A stretch of DNA of 64,000 nucleotides from Eledone cirrhosa. Taxonomy: Eukaryota. Under the pieces are notes generated by a model, which saw only the letters and a list, made by a program, of their open reading frames with translations, was not told where the DNA came from and did not search any database. Of this stretch, positions 1 through 13,035 are shown piece after piece. Made by a program: the position numbers and the translations under genes. Where the stretch lies: NCBI GenBank assembly GCA_964016885.1, contig OZ024740.1, positions 258,230,001-258,294,000 of the forward strand, given 5' to 3'. How positions within the stretch are numbered: position 1 is the stretch's first letter; each line of letters starts with the position of its first letter.

Positions 1-53
1 TTCAAAGACCAACCAGATGTGAGAAAAACCACAGACCGTCCATCTCAACTCCA

Positions 54-89
54 CTTTTGAAAAGCAGAAAAACTGCGAAACTGGTAAAG
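54..89 (+). ncRNA. Minimal type I hammerhead ribozyme-like motif (U3-A8 core variant)
   Basis: ctt-TTGAAAA-GCAG aaaaa CTGC-GAAA-c tg g-TA-aag; perfect 4-bp stem II, short stem III, only 3-bp stem I. Confidence 0.5.
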
Positions 90-146
90 GAACCAAATAA
101 ATATATATATATTTTTAAAAATAAGACTCCAGTTGCAGTTTCGATT

Positions 147-410
<264 letters not shown>

Positions 411-860
411 TAATTTATTAAAATAACAGATTAAAGTTTAAGCAAAGAATCGCTGCTTTCACCCTTAACGGGATCTTCTGAAACTAACAAAGTCAATCTG
501 TGAACGCAGAAGTGAATATTTCAAAAAACGTTGCAACCGAAGGAAGACAGGAAGACGATACTTTGGTTCGTGGAAACGTTTCCTGGCAAAGAACAGGAAA
601 AAACGAATATAGTACGTCATTATTTGGAGCGGTGAAAAACAAATACACGCAAAGACAAAACCACGTTTATTGTATAAAAGAAGTCGTAGACTAATATTCT
701 ATTAGGTGGTTCATAGAGACGTTCTCTGGCATTGAACGGAAAAACGAAGATAATACACCATATGTGGTGCGGGAGAACAATTGCACGCAAAGGCAAAACC
801 ACGTAAATTGTATAACTGAAGTCTTAGACTAAAATTCTGACTAGGAAACCGAATGAGTTA
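411..860 (-). mobile_element. Dispersed PLE-like terminal repeat (family X) carrying a hammerhead fold at 435-485
   Basis: Homologous copies at ~34315-34490, 56210-56275, 60465-60680 and 61330-61517; ends in AATAAA plus (TA)n on the minus strand; internal ~135-bp duplication. Confidence 0.55.
435..485 (-). ncRNA. Type I hammerhead-like fold, core CAGAAGA
   Basis: Minus strand: AGTTT-CAGAAGA-t CCC gttaa GGG t-GAA-AGCA...TGCT-T-AAACT; stems I, II and III all pair. Confidence 0.6.
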
Positions 861-1044
861 AGAATAAAGTAAATAAATACAGAGGTAATTGAGATTAAAT
901 AAATACATACAGGCATCCATATACGTACATACACAAGCATACGCGAAAACACTCGCCATAGGTATACAAATACACGCACGTACACACAGAAAAAAAAACC
1001 CAGCACGCACATACAGAACCCACGCAACGCCTGTACCCGCCAAC

Positions 1045-2350
1045 ATGGCGATCCTAAAAATAGGATGTATAAATGTTCGTGGCTTGTGATCGTTCTGGAA
1101 GCAGGATCACCTGCTCAACGACGTCAGGTCACTAGACATTTATGTGATTGCTGTCAGCAAGACCAGAATTTCCGACATGCACGCACTAACCTCCATTTTC
1201 GACCACTATCAGATCTTTGCATCTCTTAGTCAACCGGGAATGGGAGGTGGCGTTGCAGTGCTGTTTAGGAAAGGCTGCGTTCTCGAGGTAAGTTCGATCT
1301 CCGGGACCCGGACGGGACGTTGGTGGTTGTAGACGTGAACAATAGTGAAAGTGGTACCATAGCTAATGATGCGCAAACATGCGCGGAGCCTGCGGCATCT
1401 CCTGATATTCTGCCTGAAGTTCAACTGGTGTGGTCGCCGTTTGTGAGACAGGCCTTTCCGCAGCTCATCTCTTTGTCGACCTGAAGTCCTAGGTCAAAAA
1501 GAAACCGTGACTAGGCGCTTGGCATCTTGAGGTCTATAGAGAATTAAGGGTGGGCACTTAGAAAGGTTCTTGGCGTCGTGCAAGTCGAACTGACCTATAT
1601 GTTCCGGAGGACATTTGTGTCTGGGACAATGGATAACTTCCAGAACCCATCGCTTGTCAGAGGTACCGGGGGATACTGCCGGTTCCAGATAAACGGAAGT
1701 GCTGTTAGATAGACCTGCCCGAAATGCGCGCAGTGACGAAACCATTCTGCACGCTCATGTCTAGTGTCCGTGCATTGATGTCTTGTAGAGTTATGTCGTC
1801 AGCTGTTGTCGTGTGTAGAACGGATCCGGCTATCGATCGAGTCCATAGTGAAGTTCGACCCGCTGCCATCTTTTGGCCGGGAAGGGCAGGCTTTTTTCCT
1901 CTGCCTGGTGGTGGTAGCGAAAGTGTTGTGTTGTGGACCAGGTTGAAAGAACTGAAGACAGGCACTTTTCTCTTCGGCCAATCCCTCATCAACCTTTTCA
2001 AGTTTCACTTGGAAGGTAAGATGAGGCCGAAGAGAGTAGTTTTGCCCCTCTCTCCCTCAGTACATTTGCTAAGAGGTGGGAGAATGAGTCTATATGGGCC
2101 TACTCTGAGCATGCGTATGTAGGTTGGTTAATTTGAGGATGTGCCCTCGAAGCGTCGCGTGGTTCAGGATTGGTCAGGTACCGGTTTCGCTATTGAGTGG
2201 TTATCTTCTCTATTGTGGTATTTTTCTTGTTATTTTGTTATTGTTATTTATATTGTTTACAAGTATTTATGTACACTGTCCCTGTTTCTGCATTGTCCCC
2301 TATATGTTGGTTCTTATGGACAATAAAGGGATTATTATTATTATTATTAT
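1045..2350 (+). mobile_element. Tx1/L1-clade LINE, internally deleted (APE endonuclease N-terminus joined to ORF2 C-terminus, 3' UTR, (ATT)n tail)
   Basis: MAILKIGCINVRGL and GGGVAVLFRK (APE motifs); C-terminal WTRLK...LINLFKFHL shared with 25900-26496 and 52858-53490. Confidence 0.85.
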
Positions 2351-2364
2351 TTTTTTTTTATTTC

Positions 2365-5300
2365 ATTATTGTTTCTGAGATATATGCCGAGTGTGTTCCT
2401 GACACCTAGAGCAAATAAATTCACAGTGTGCATTTGTAAGCCAGTTAATACAGCACATTGATTATAATTAAAAAACAAAACAAAAAAAGAACAGTATAAA
2501 TATATACACATGTGCATATGCATATGCACAAGGATGGATATCAATCTTACAGAGATAGTGCTCTTCTCAATACGTGTGCAGTACCAGTCAGAACAATTTT
2601 TTGCACCTCGTGCAGAGAGGGTAAACCAGGAATCATTCGCAAATATTGTTCTGTTCCTTTCTTGATCATTCCCAGTCCTCCCACAATCACTGGTATTGTA
2701 ACGGCCTTGAGGTGCCACATTTTCTAAATTTCATTAAGCAGATCTTTATATTTTCGTAGCTTGCCAAATTCTTTTGCCGCGATATTGTGATCACATGGGA
2801 TACTCATATCTATCAACAAACAGACCTTGTTATGTTGATCTTTTATAATGATGCCAGGTCTATTTGCTTTTATGGTCCTGTCAGTATGTACAGGAAAGTC
2901 CCAGAGAATTGTTACTTTTTCTCCTTCAGTTACAGCCTCAGGGTGATGATTGTACCACTTCAGCTTTGATTTTGTAATGCCGACATATTACCCAGTGTAG
3001 ATATTGGCCAACTCTGTCATGTTTAAATTTGTATTCTACTGGAGCTAAAACTTTACATCCAGAGACTAAGTGATCCACTGTTTCAACCCCAGCATTGCAG
3101 AATAGGCACTTTGGGTTTATTCCGTTTCTCATCACATTGGCCTGGTAATTACGAGTCAAGAAGCTTTGATCTTGGGCAGCTAAGATGAAGCCTTCACTCT
3201 CCGCCTTTAGCCCTGAACTACGTAGCTACTAATGGGTGTGCTTTTGGTCAACATCAGCTTGTTTGCTACTGGCCACATATTTGCCATGCAAGGGTTTCTG
3301 CTCCCAATTTGATGCTAATTGTCCTTTCCCTTTAGCTTTTGCCAGTGATTTTATGTGCCTAGCAGCATCAGTTACAACAGTTTCTTTAGTCTGTCCAGCC
3401 TGGGTATCAAGAATGAGATGAGTAGCATATTTTTTGCTCTCCTTCAAGATAGAATGAAGCGTCTTACTTCTCTCATGCTTTTCAACAAGTTTCAGCATAC
3501 AGTCGTTAGTTCTTTCAAGATATTTGGCCAGTCCAATGATGGTGGTCTTGTAAGCAAGTTCAAATTGGATCAGGCCACGGCCTCCTTGAGTTCTAGGAAG
3601 GTAAAGACGATCCACATCTGCTTTTGGGTGGTGCATCCTATTACAGGTCAGTAGCTTACGGACTTTGGTGTCGATTCTTTTGATTTCACTCATATTCCAG
3701 TTCAACACACCGAAGCTATAAGTGACAACTGGGACGGCCAATGGATTTATGGCTAGCAACTTGTCACGCGCGCTTAGTTCTGATCTCAGAACTGCACCTA
3801 CTCCTGTAACATTCTTTCCTTATCCTCTCTTCCATACTTGCATGCTGTATGCCAGAGCCCTCATTAATCCCTAAGTATTTATAGGTTTGTTCCTGCTCGA
3901 GTTCCTTTATGATTGTTTCAGCATCCAATTCAACTGAGTCTGCGTTGACAAGCTTCTCCTTCTTGAAAGTGGCTTTTTCACACTTGTCAAGTCCAAACTC
4001 CATCCTGATGTCATCGCTAAACGTGTTTACTGTCCGCAAAAGGCCTTCCAGTTCGTCATTATCTTTGAAATATAACTTCAAATCATACATATAAAGTAGG
4101 TGGCTAATTTTTTTTTTTTGTCAATTCTATAACTGTACCTATTAAGCTCGGATGGAAGGGGTATTAAAGCTATGCAGAAAAGCAAGGGTGAAAGTGAGTC
4201 ACCCTGGAATATACCACAGTTGATGTTTATATTCCCATATCACAGTACCCCAGTGAAATGAGACAATTGGAGATTTGTGTTCCATAATGACATATTGTGT
4301 TTAAGGAAGTTTGAGATCACAGGTGAGATTTTGAAGATGTCCAGTAATTTCAGAATCCATGAGTGTGATATGCTGTCCAAGGCTTTTTTATAATCGATCC
4401 ATGCAGAACTGAGATTTCTGTGTTTATTATGACAGTTCTCAAGGATCATACGATTAATCAAAAGTTGATCTTTGCAACCATATGAACCTCGTCAGCACCC
4501 TTTTTGTTCAATGGGGAAAAGATTGTTCTCCTCCAAAAACACGTATGCTTTTTCATGAGAATATAGGTTAATAGTTTATAAGTGGTGGACAAGCAGGTTA
4601 TGGGCCGATAGTTTTTTGGATCTTTGGTCTCGATGTTCTTTGGTAGAAGATAGGTAATGCCACTTCCTATCTAATCAGGTGTATTTTTTGGATCTTTCAT
4701 AATTCAATTAAACAGCTTGACCAATATATTGTGAGTGCACAGGAGTGAGGAAAGTCAGAAATTTGGCACCCTGTCCCTACCAGATTTCCATTTATGAGAT
4801 TTATTGAGTGCTGTCCTTAAGTCCGCTATAGAGATGTCTTCCCACGCCTGTTCTTCTAAATTTGTGTAGGATTTTTCCAGGCGACTAATCCAATCTACAT
4901 TAGCATTATATGCCTTCTCATCACTCCATATCTTACTCCAGAAGCTTTCAACTTCTTCTATGGTCTTCAATATTTATTTTTTTCTTCCCTACTTCTCTAT
5001 AAAATGACTTGGCATTCGATGAGAACAACTTATTTTGCCTGTAGAAGTTGTTTCGCTTCTTGAATCTACGAATTTGTTGGGCTTTTACTTGGACTTTTTG
5101 TTTCAGAGATTCTTTTGTTGAAACTATTGCTTCTCTAGAACACATTCCATATTTTCTCTTTAGCTTTCTTACCTTCTTGGATCTTATATCATTTCCAGCG
5201 GTTAACTCACTCAATAAAGATATTTCTCCTCTCATTACGTAAAATCTCCCTTTCGATTCTACTCCTCCAAATTGGTTTACCTCGAAGGTTCGACTTTTTT

Positions 5301-5830
5301 TTCTGGCGGTAAACAACTTGTTTCAATTACTCTAGCAGATGCATAAATGATTTCATTTAGCTCAGTAAGATCAGGTTCTAGTTCTTCTATGATTTCTTTT
5401 GTCACAGAATTACCAATCATTGTTTGTTTTCTATGATTTCTAGTACAGGCACAATGCCAGTAATTTGGGGGAGGGGAAAGTCGATAAATCGACCCCAGTA
5501 CGTTACTGGTACTTTATTTTATCGACCCCGTAAAGATGAAAGGCAAAGTTAACCTCGGCGGGATTTGAACTCAGACCGTAAAAGGCCGTAACTCTAAACT
5601 GCAAAGCAGAGTTACGGCCCTTTACAGTCTGAGTTCAAATCCCGACGAGGTTAACTTTGCCTTTCATCCTTACGGGGTCGATAAAATAAAGTACGAGTAA
5701 TGTACTGGGATAATTGCTGGCCTTGTGCCAAAAGTAGAAACCATTATTTGTTTTCTATTTTGGATTGTATTTGGGAGTTTTTGAAGTGGTTCTCTATCAT
5801 TTATACTAGAATGTGTTACGACTGCAAGCA
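2365..5830 (-). mobile_element. R4/Dong-like RLE non-LTR retrotransposon, family A, decayed
   Basis: Fragments WIDYKKALDSISHSW, LYMYDLKLY (YMDD site), DVDRLYLPRTQGGRGL, CLFC...HLVSGC zinc knuckle, C-terminal RLE remnant; frameshifts and stops. Confidence 0.9.
5435..5748. mobile_element. Head-to-head pair of tRNA-derived Meta-domain SINEs (5435-5600 minus, 5607-5748 plus)
   Basis: GCCTTTCATCCTTACGGGGTCGATAAAATAAAGTAC domain in both orientations; flanking direct repeat tttgttttctat. Confidence 0.9.
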
Positions 5831-8800
5831 TAGCACCTTCACCTGATCGTTTTCTATCACCGACTCTGGCTTATGCTCATACCACTTCTCAGAATGTGGT
5901 AAATTGTTTACTTTGCATAGATGCCAGTGGATCACCCTGCCCATCACATCATGTCTCCAGCCTATATAGTGAGTCTGGGCTAGGTGTTTACACTCGGATA
6001 CAATGTGAGCCACAGTCTCCTCTCTCTCTCCACAGATCCTACACAGTGAGCTAGCCTCCTCCTTGTAAATATGGTGTTTCACCCACTTCGTTCTGAGGGC
6101 TTGATCTTGCGCAGCCATTAGCATTCCTTCTGTAGCTTTTTTAAGGTCTCCTCTTTTTAACAAGTTCCATGTCTGTGGATCTCTAAATTCAGTTTTCTCA
6201 AAGAAGGTACTATGAAGGGATTTTTCGTGAAGGGTGCTCTTCCTCCTTGTTGTTACTTCCTCTTTGGACATCCCCTGGTCTATTGTCTTCTCCTTCAGTA
6301 CAATTTTGAGTATTGGCTCCCTACTGTCACGTATTTGTGCAGGTTGTTTTTCTCCTACTGAACAATGTCCTCTATGCTGATAGACCTCTTCCACCTTCAG
6401 ATCTTTTTAAGTAGAGTCTATCGACATCACTCCTTTTGTGGAACATGTAGATAGTCAATAGCTTCCTAGTCTTCCTATCCATTTCTTTTTGTTCAGCAAC
6501 GTTCCATCTCAGAATTCCCGCACTGTACCTAATAATAGACACAAATCGGGAATTTACTGCACTTATGGCATTCCTACTGTTCAGATGTGACTTTAATACG
6601 CTCCCTATTCTCCGAATGTATTCAGATCTTATCAATTCCTTCATTTTTTTGTTCTTGATGTCATCAGCCTCCAGAACACCCAAATACTTGTATCCTTCTT
6701 CAGTGTCAATTTCCTTTATCATCTCACCTGTTGGAACCTGGATTCCGTTGCTTCTGCTCAATTTACCCCCTTCATCACAAGGACACCACACTTACTAATA
6801 CCAAATTGCATACATATATCATTGCTGAACATACGGACAGTGTCAACAAGTACATCCAACTCCTTCTCACTCTTCCCGAAGAGCTTAAGATCGTCCATGA
6901 AGAGGAGGTGATTGATGGTAAGCTCTCCCTTTCCCAACTTGTATCCTGCTCTCACTTTTCGCAGTATAATGGTCAGGAGCATCAGGGCAAGGACAAACAA
7001 CAGAGGGGACAGACTATCTCCCTGGAAGATACCTCTCTTGATCTTCACGCCTCCCAAGGATTCTCCAGCTGATGTTAACTCTGTTTTCCAGGACTTCATA
7101 CTTTTTGCCCAACAACTGTCTGATGTTATCTGCCACCTTGAAGATCTCTAGGCTTTTGGTGATCCAAGAATGAGGCACCATGTCAAATACCAGTTTTGTT
7201 GTTTATCCATCCCATGGCAAGACCAGTGTGTCTCCTCTTGCAATTCCTCATTACCATCTTATCAATAAGTAACTGGTGCTTTGTACCACGGGACTTCTTT
7301 CAGCATGCTTTCTGTTCGTCCGGTAACAATTTGTTTGTGTGGAGGTGATGGTAGATTTCCTCAGACATACTGCTTGTCAACAGTTTCCACATTACGGACA
7401 GACATGTGATAGGTCTATAGTTGGTAACATCATTACCCTTGATTCGGTCTTTCAATACCAGAACTGTGGTACCTTTTGTCAACCACTCTCGTACCTTACC
7501 TGACATCAAGCAGTCATTGAACATGGTTGTCAGTTTCGGGTGGAGGGATATTATATTTTTAATCCAATACTCCTGCACACCATCTGGGCCTGGTGTTTTC
7601 CAGTTGGTTAGTTTTTGGCCTGCCCCTTAAGAGTTTCAACTGTGATACTCAAATCAGTTTGTTGGTGTGCCTGTTCACTAATCTCCTTTTGTACTGTCTC
7701 AATCCACACTGCCTGGTCATTATGTTTAACATCCTGCTCCCATATTCCTCTCCAGAATGTCTTAGTTTTTTCCGCCTCAGGGATCAAGTCGTTGCCTCTT
7801 TCTTTCCCTTCAAGCTGTCCAAACAGCATCTTCTGGTTGTTGTCAAACATGCGGTTCTGTCTATACTGACTGACTCTGCTCTCATATCGCCTAATGTTTG
7901 CACTCTTTGCTACAATGCGTTGCTTCAGTTCCTCTATGATAATATTTAGCTTTTTCCTCCTAGTTTTGTACTTTATTTCCAGTCTATTTTTAGTGTCTAT
8001 GTTTTTTAGTGTCCCATGCAGTAGGGACTCAAGCTTTCCAATGTCATTTCTCATTTCCCTGATTTGACCATTCATCTATCTTGTTTGTTGTTTCCTCTCA
8101 CTTTTATACCAAGTAATTTCCTCACCGCATTTGCTGTTGCTTTGAGGATATTGTTGCACTGGTGAAGGCTCCTCGCCTCAAGGTATGGGATGACTTTGTT
8201 TACCTTAGCTGTTGTTTCTTTTAACTTTTTCCTATCTACAAATCTTAAGTTCATAAGATTCCCACTATCATTGTTCAATTCATCTACCACTAAGTTTAGG
8301 ATATCAACCAAATCTTGTCCTAGCCCATCAGCATTCATCTCCTCAATGGCCGTATCTTTGTTCCAGGTATTATTTATTTCAGCATTCAGATCATTGTCTG
8401 CTTCGGATGGTTCCTCCGTTCTCTCAACCTCTTCACCATCATTTCACACTGGCTCGTTTGCCTGGCATACTCCACTCTCCATTTCCAACCTAATCTCTCT
8501 GCTCAGTTCCTCCAGTTCCAGCTCGCTTATCCACCCATTAGTTCTTATTACCCGAGCCTGCCCGGCCAATTTTTGTTCATCTAATTTAAATAGACCAATC
8601 TCGTTCCAGATGTTATGCATCCATTTCCTATAGTCTTTCTCCTTGGGGTTACTCTTCAGGTAAGATTGCATAACAGTTCTATTCAATTCTTTCGTCCAGT
8701 TGGTTCTGGTCCCTTTCCTTCTTCTTCTTCCTCAGACACCAGCAGTATTTGGTTGACAGCCAGGTCCCTGCTGCTGAGCCAGGGAGCACCTGCTGAGTGA

Positions 8801-8965
8801 GAGTCTGTCACATGACATTCCAGTCTCCACTTCACCGTTATTCGAACTGTTTAGGTTCGACATTTAAACACTCTTATCGAGGATTGGTGAATGTATGGTT
8901 ACATAACCACCGGTGGTTTCATCACTCCCGGTGATTTTTGTGTGGCACTATCACGCTATAGACGA
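5830..8965 (-). mobile_element. R4/Dong-like RLE LINE, family B, probably retains its 5' end; 3'-truncated within the endonuclease region
   Basis: N-terminal VMQSYLKSNP...YRKWMHNIW; NYRPITCL, GIFQGDSLSPLLF, LFMDDLKLF, YKYLG, CRICGEREETVAHIVSEC. Confidence 0.92.
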
Positions 8966-8999
8966 ACATAAATAAACAAATAAACAAATAGGTAAAAAA

Positions 9000-9560
9000 A
9001 AAAACCAAATAAGAATAAGCATAAGTTTCATTGTTTTTCGTTGTTGCTGTGCTGCTTTGATTTTGATTTTTGGTTTTTTGATTTTTTGACCGGGTCATCA
9101 AATCAGTCTATTTATATCTTTTGATGCCTTTCTCTTTTAGTGGGGACACTACGATGCATGTCTTAGCAGGAGGTAGTGGGAGAGTACAGCGGCGGTAGTG
9201 ATAATGAAGCAGTGCTGGTGGTGGTGGTGGTGCTGTGCTAGTAGTACTTAGCAGGAGGTAGTGGGAGAGAATAGCGGCGGTAGCGATAATGAGGCAGTGG
9301 TGGTGGTGATGTGATCGTAGTACTGTAGTGATGGTGTTGAAGTTAAAGTAGAAATAGAAGTTGAGGTAACTTGTCTAGAGATTTTAGCGTGGTAGTGGTG
9401 GTGGTGTTGGTGGTGAAATTATTTTTCTGTCTTTCCACTTAGCCATTTAGCTATTTAGCCATTTTGCCATTTTCCTGCTTTTCGACTATAACATTTCTGA
9501 TCCAAAATTAAATATTAAATATTGGGGCCCTATGCCGTAAAATGATGCGTTATGGCTTAT
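9000..9560 (-). mobile_element. Probable 5' UTR/ORF1 start of a Tx1-like LINE, with ~87-bp tandem duplication (9161-9322)
   Basis: Minus strand ggccccaatatttaa...ttttg...aaatgtt...tcgaaaa resembles 17440-17490; low-complexity CAC-rich region. Confidence 0.4.
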
Positions 9561-9697
9561 TGAACGTGAAAAATGTAATCTTATTGTTCATTTGTAATAA
9601 GAATTATTCTATCACAGTTGTTTTAAAGAAGTAAAAATCAAAAACTTACGGGAGCGATTCCATAACGATATATATCCACCATGTACGTTTTCTTCCC

Positions 9698-9756
<59 letters not shown>

Positions 9757-10270
9757 GTTGTTATTACTCTTTGAGTCTCAGTCATTGATGTTAGTTAACT
9801 GGAAAGTTTGTTGAAATGAATATCAAGCCACTACCTGGAGCCTCAGATATTCAGGACGTATCGGAGGGTTCTTGCTGTTCCCAGCAAGCATGCTTTTTGA
9901 AGCGTTCCAAAAAGCGTGAAGGGGCCAATTTTCTTTAACCATCCCCGGAAACTGTTTGAGATAGTCCCTAGTGCGCCTATAACAATCGGGATCACTTTGA
10001 CTTCATGGCAGTTCCAAATCCTTTTTACCTCCCACTTTAATTCCTGGTATCGGTTAATTTTCTCCCTCTCCTTTTCTTGCACTCTCGTATCAAATTGGCA
10101 GGCTACATCTACAATCAGGCACAATATTTTTTCTTTGTCCACAACCACCAAGTCAGGTCTATTGTGTTCCAGTTTCTTGTCCGTCTGTATCCTAAAATCC
10201 CATAACACCTTCACCTGATCGTTTTCTATCACCGCCTCTGGCTTATGCTCATACCACTTCTCAGAATGTG

Positions 10271-10302
<32 letters not shown>

Positions 10303-10682
10303 GTTGTTATTCCTTGAATCTCAGTCATTGATGTTGGTTAACTGGAAAGTCCGTTGGAATGAATATCAAGCCACTACCTGCAGCCTCAGATATTCAGGAC
10401 GTATCGGAGGGTTCTTGCTGTTCCAAGCAAGCATGCCTTTTGAAGCGTTCCAAAAAGCGTGAAGGGGCCGATTTTCTTTAACCATCCCTGGAAACTTTTG
10501 GAGATAGTACCTAGTGCGCCTATGACAATCGGGACCACTTTGACTTCATGGCAGTTCCAAATCTTTTTTACCTCCCACTTTAAGTCCTGGTATCGGTTAA
10601 TTTTCTCCCTCTCCTTCTCTTGCACTCTCGTGTCGAATGGGCAGGCCACATCCACAATCAGGCACGATCTTTTTTCTTTGTC

Positions 10683-10715
<33 letters not shown>

Positions 10716-10716
<1 letters not shown>

Positions 10717-10892
10717 GGCAGTATCGGTAGAGGTTCGGACGCCATGCTTTGACGCATAGAGTTACGGCCCTTGCCATTCTGAGTTCAAATCCCGCCGAGG
10801 TTAACTTTGCCTTTCATCCTTACGGGGTCGATAAAATAAAGTACCAGTAATGTACTGGGTAATTTTCTGGCCTTGTGCCAATAGTAGAAACA

Positions 10893-10895
<3 letters not shown>
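10716..10895 (+). mobile_element. Meta-domain tRNA SINE inside (ATT)n
   Basis: tggcagtatcgg A box, gagttcaaatccc B box, Meta domain, ATT tail. Confidence 0.9.
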
Positions 10896-10955
<60 letters not shown>

Positions 10956-11629
10956 GTTGTTGTTCTTTGAGTCTCAGTCATTGATGTTAGTTAACTGGAA
11001 AGTTTGTTGAAATGAATATCAAGCCATTACCTGTAGCCTCAGATATTCAGGACGTATCGGAGGGTTCTTGCTGTTCCCAGAAAGCATGCCTTTTGAAGCG
11101 TTCCAAAAAGCGTGGCGGGGCCAATTTTCTTTAACCATCCCTGGAAACTTTTTGAGATAGTACCTAGTGCGCCTATGACAATCGGGACCACTTTGACTTC
11201 ATGGCAGTTCCAAATCCTTTTTACCTCCCACTTTAAGTCCTGGTATCGGTTAATTTTCTCCCTCTCCTTCTCTTGCACTCTCGTGTCGAATGGACAGGCC
11301 ACATCCACAATCAGGCACGATCTTTTTTCTTTGTCCACAACCACCAGGTCAGGTCTATTGTGTTACAGTTTCTTGTCCGTCTGTATCCTAAAATCCCACA
11401 GCACCTTCACCTGATCGTTTTCTATCACCGCCTCTGGCTTATGCTTATACCACTTCTCAGAATGTGGTATTATTATTATTATTATTATTTGCATTTATCT
11501 TGCTTTATGTTCATACGAGTTATCACCAAGTCACAACCAGTGACCTCAAGAGACAACAATGTCCGCCATGTTCAAGAAAGAACATACATATTCATACATG
11601 CATCCTTAGTGTTTAGACTTGTGATGTAC

Positions 11630-13007
11630 TTATATTGACAGGATCTTCCTTAGTATATGGGCAGTTCCCATTAGTACTATCTTTTGTATTTCTCCTATAC
11701 GCGGGTTTCCTGGGATTTGCGATAAGTAGTCGTTAGACCCCTTAGGTATCATTCCCAGAGCGCCTACAACCACTGGTATTGTTTTAGTTCTCAATTTCCA
11801 CATTTTTCCAATTTCTATCTCCAGGTCCTTATACTTGCTCAATTTTTCAAATGTTTTTATAGATACATTCTTGTCTATTGGAACAGACATATCAATTAGC
11901 AGGCATACCCTCCTTTGAAAGTCCTTCAATATTATATCAGGTCTATTTGCATCTATTTTTCGGTCTGTTTGGATGCTAAAGTTCCACAAGATTGAGATGT
12001 GATCTTTGTCAAGTATGGGAGGTGGTTGATGCTCCCACCAATTCTTTTGATGGGGCAGGTCAAAATGCTTACACGTTATCCAATGTATGTATTGTGCAGC
12101 TCTGTCATGCCTGTTTAGGTATTCGGTTGGAGCTATAGGACTGCACATTGAAATTATATGGTCAATGGTCTCTGGTTGTTTTTTGCATACACGGCATAAT
12201 GGGCTGCACCCATTTTTTATTATGTTGGCTTGGTAATTTTTTGTTGGCAGACACTGATCTTGTGCCGATATAATCAGTCCTTCAGACTCCGATTTCAGTC
12301 CAGAGGATGCCAACCACTGATGGGTTAAAGTTTTGTCAACATCAGGATTGTTAGCTCGCTCTGGGTATTTTCCATACAGAGGCTTTTCTTGCCATTTCTT
12401 AGCCAGTTTCTGTAGCAGTTCTTTCTTTGCAGTTACTTTTACCTGCTTTGCTTTTTCTGTGTTTTCCATTTCAGCAGTAAATGGGACTTCTGAAATTTGT
12501 AGTCCATTACTGTATCTTTGTGCATCTTTTGTAATGGAATATGATCTTTTGGTGCTTTCGTGTTTCAAAACGAGTTTGATCATCCAATCATGTGATTCCC
12601 TTAGATATGTGGATAATCCAATTGTTGCAGTTTTCAACGCAATGTCTAACTGGATTAACCCACGTCCTCCTTCTTTCTTTAACCATCCCTGGAAACTTTT
12701 TGAGATAGTACTTAGTGCGCCTATGACAATCGGGACCACTTTGACTTCATGGCAGTTCCAAATCCTTTTTACCTCCCACTTTAAGTCCTGGTATCGGTTA
12801 ATTTTCTCCCTCTCCTTCTCTTGCACTCTCGTGTCGAATGGACAAGCCACATCCACAATCAGGCACGATCTTTTTTCTTTGTCCACAACCACCAGGTCAG
12901 GTCTATTGTGTTCCAGTTTCTTGTCCGTCTGTATCCTAAAATCCCGCAGCACCTTCACCTGATCGTTTTCTATCACCGACTCTGGCTTATACTCATACCA
13001 CTTCTCA
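11630..13007 (-). pseudogene. Open chimeric LINE reading frame: family B RLE fragment fused to family C RT C-terminus, CCHC knuckle and RLE
   Basis: 493-aa ORF track; junction GWLKK/EGGRGL; N-terminus is translated microsatellite and antisense SINE head. Confidence 0.8.
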
Positions 13008-13035
13008 ATTATTATTATTATTATTATTATTATTA

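Noticed and set aside
8900-8940. Hairpin with GTGATGA in the Dong B 5' UTR as a ribozyme
   Set aside because: No downstream GAAA/stem III and no HDV-like pseudoknot could be traced by eye.
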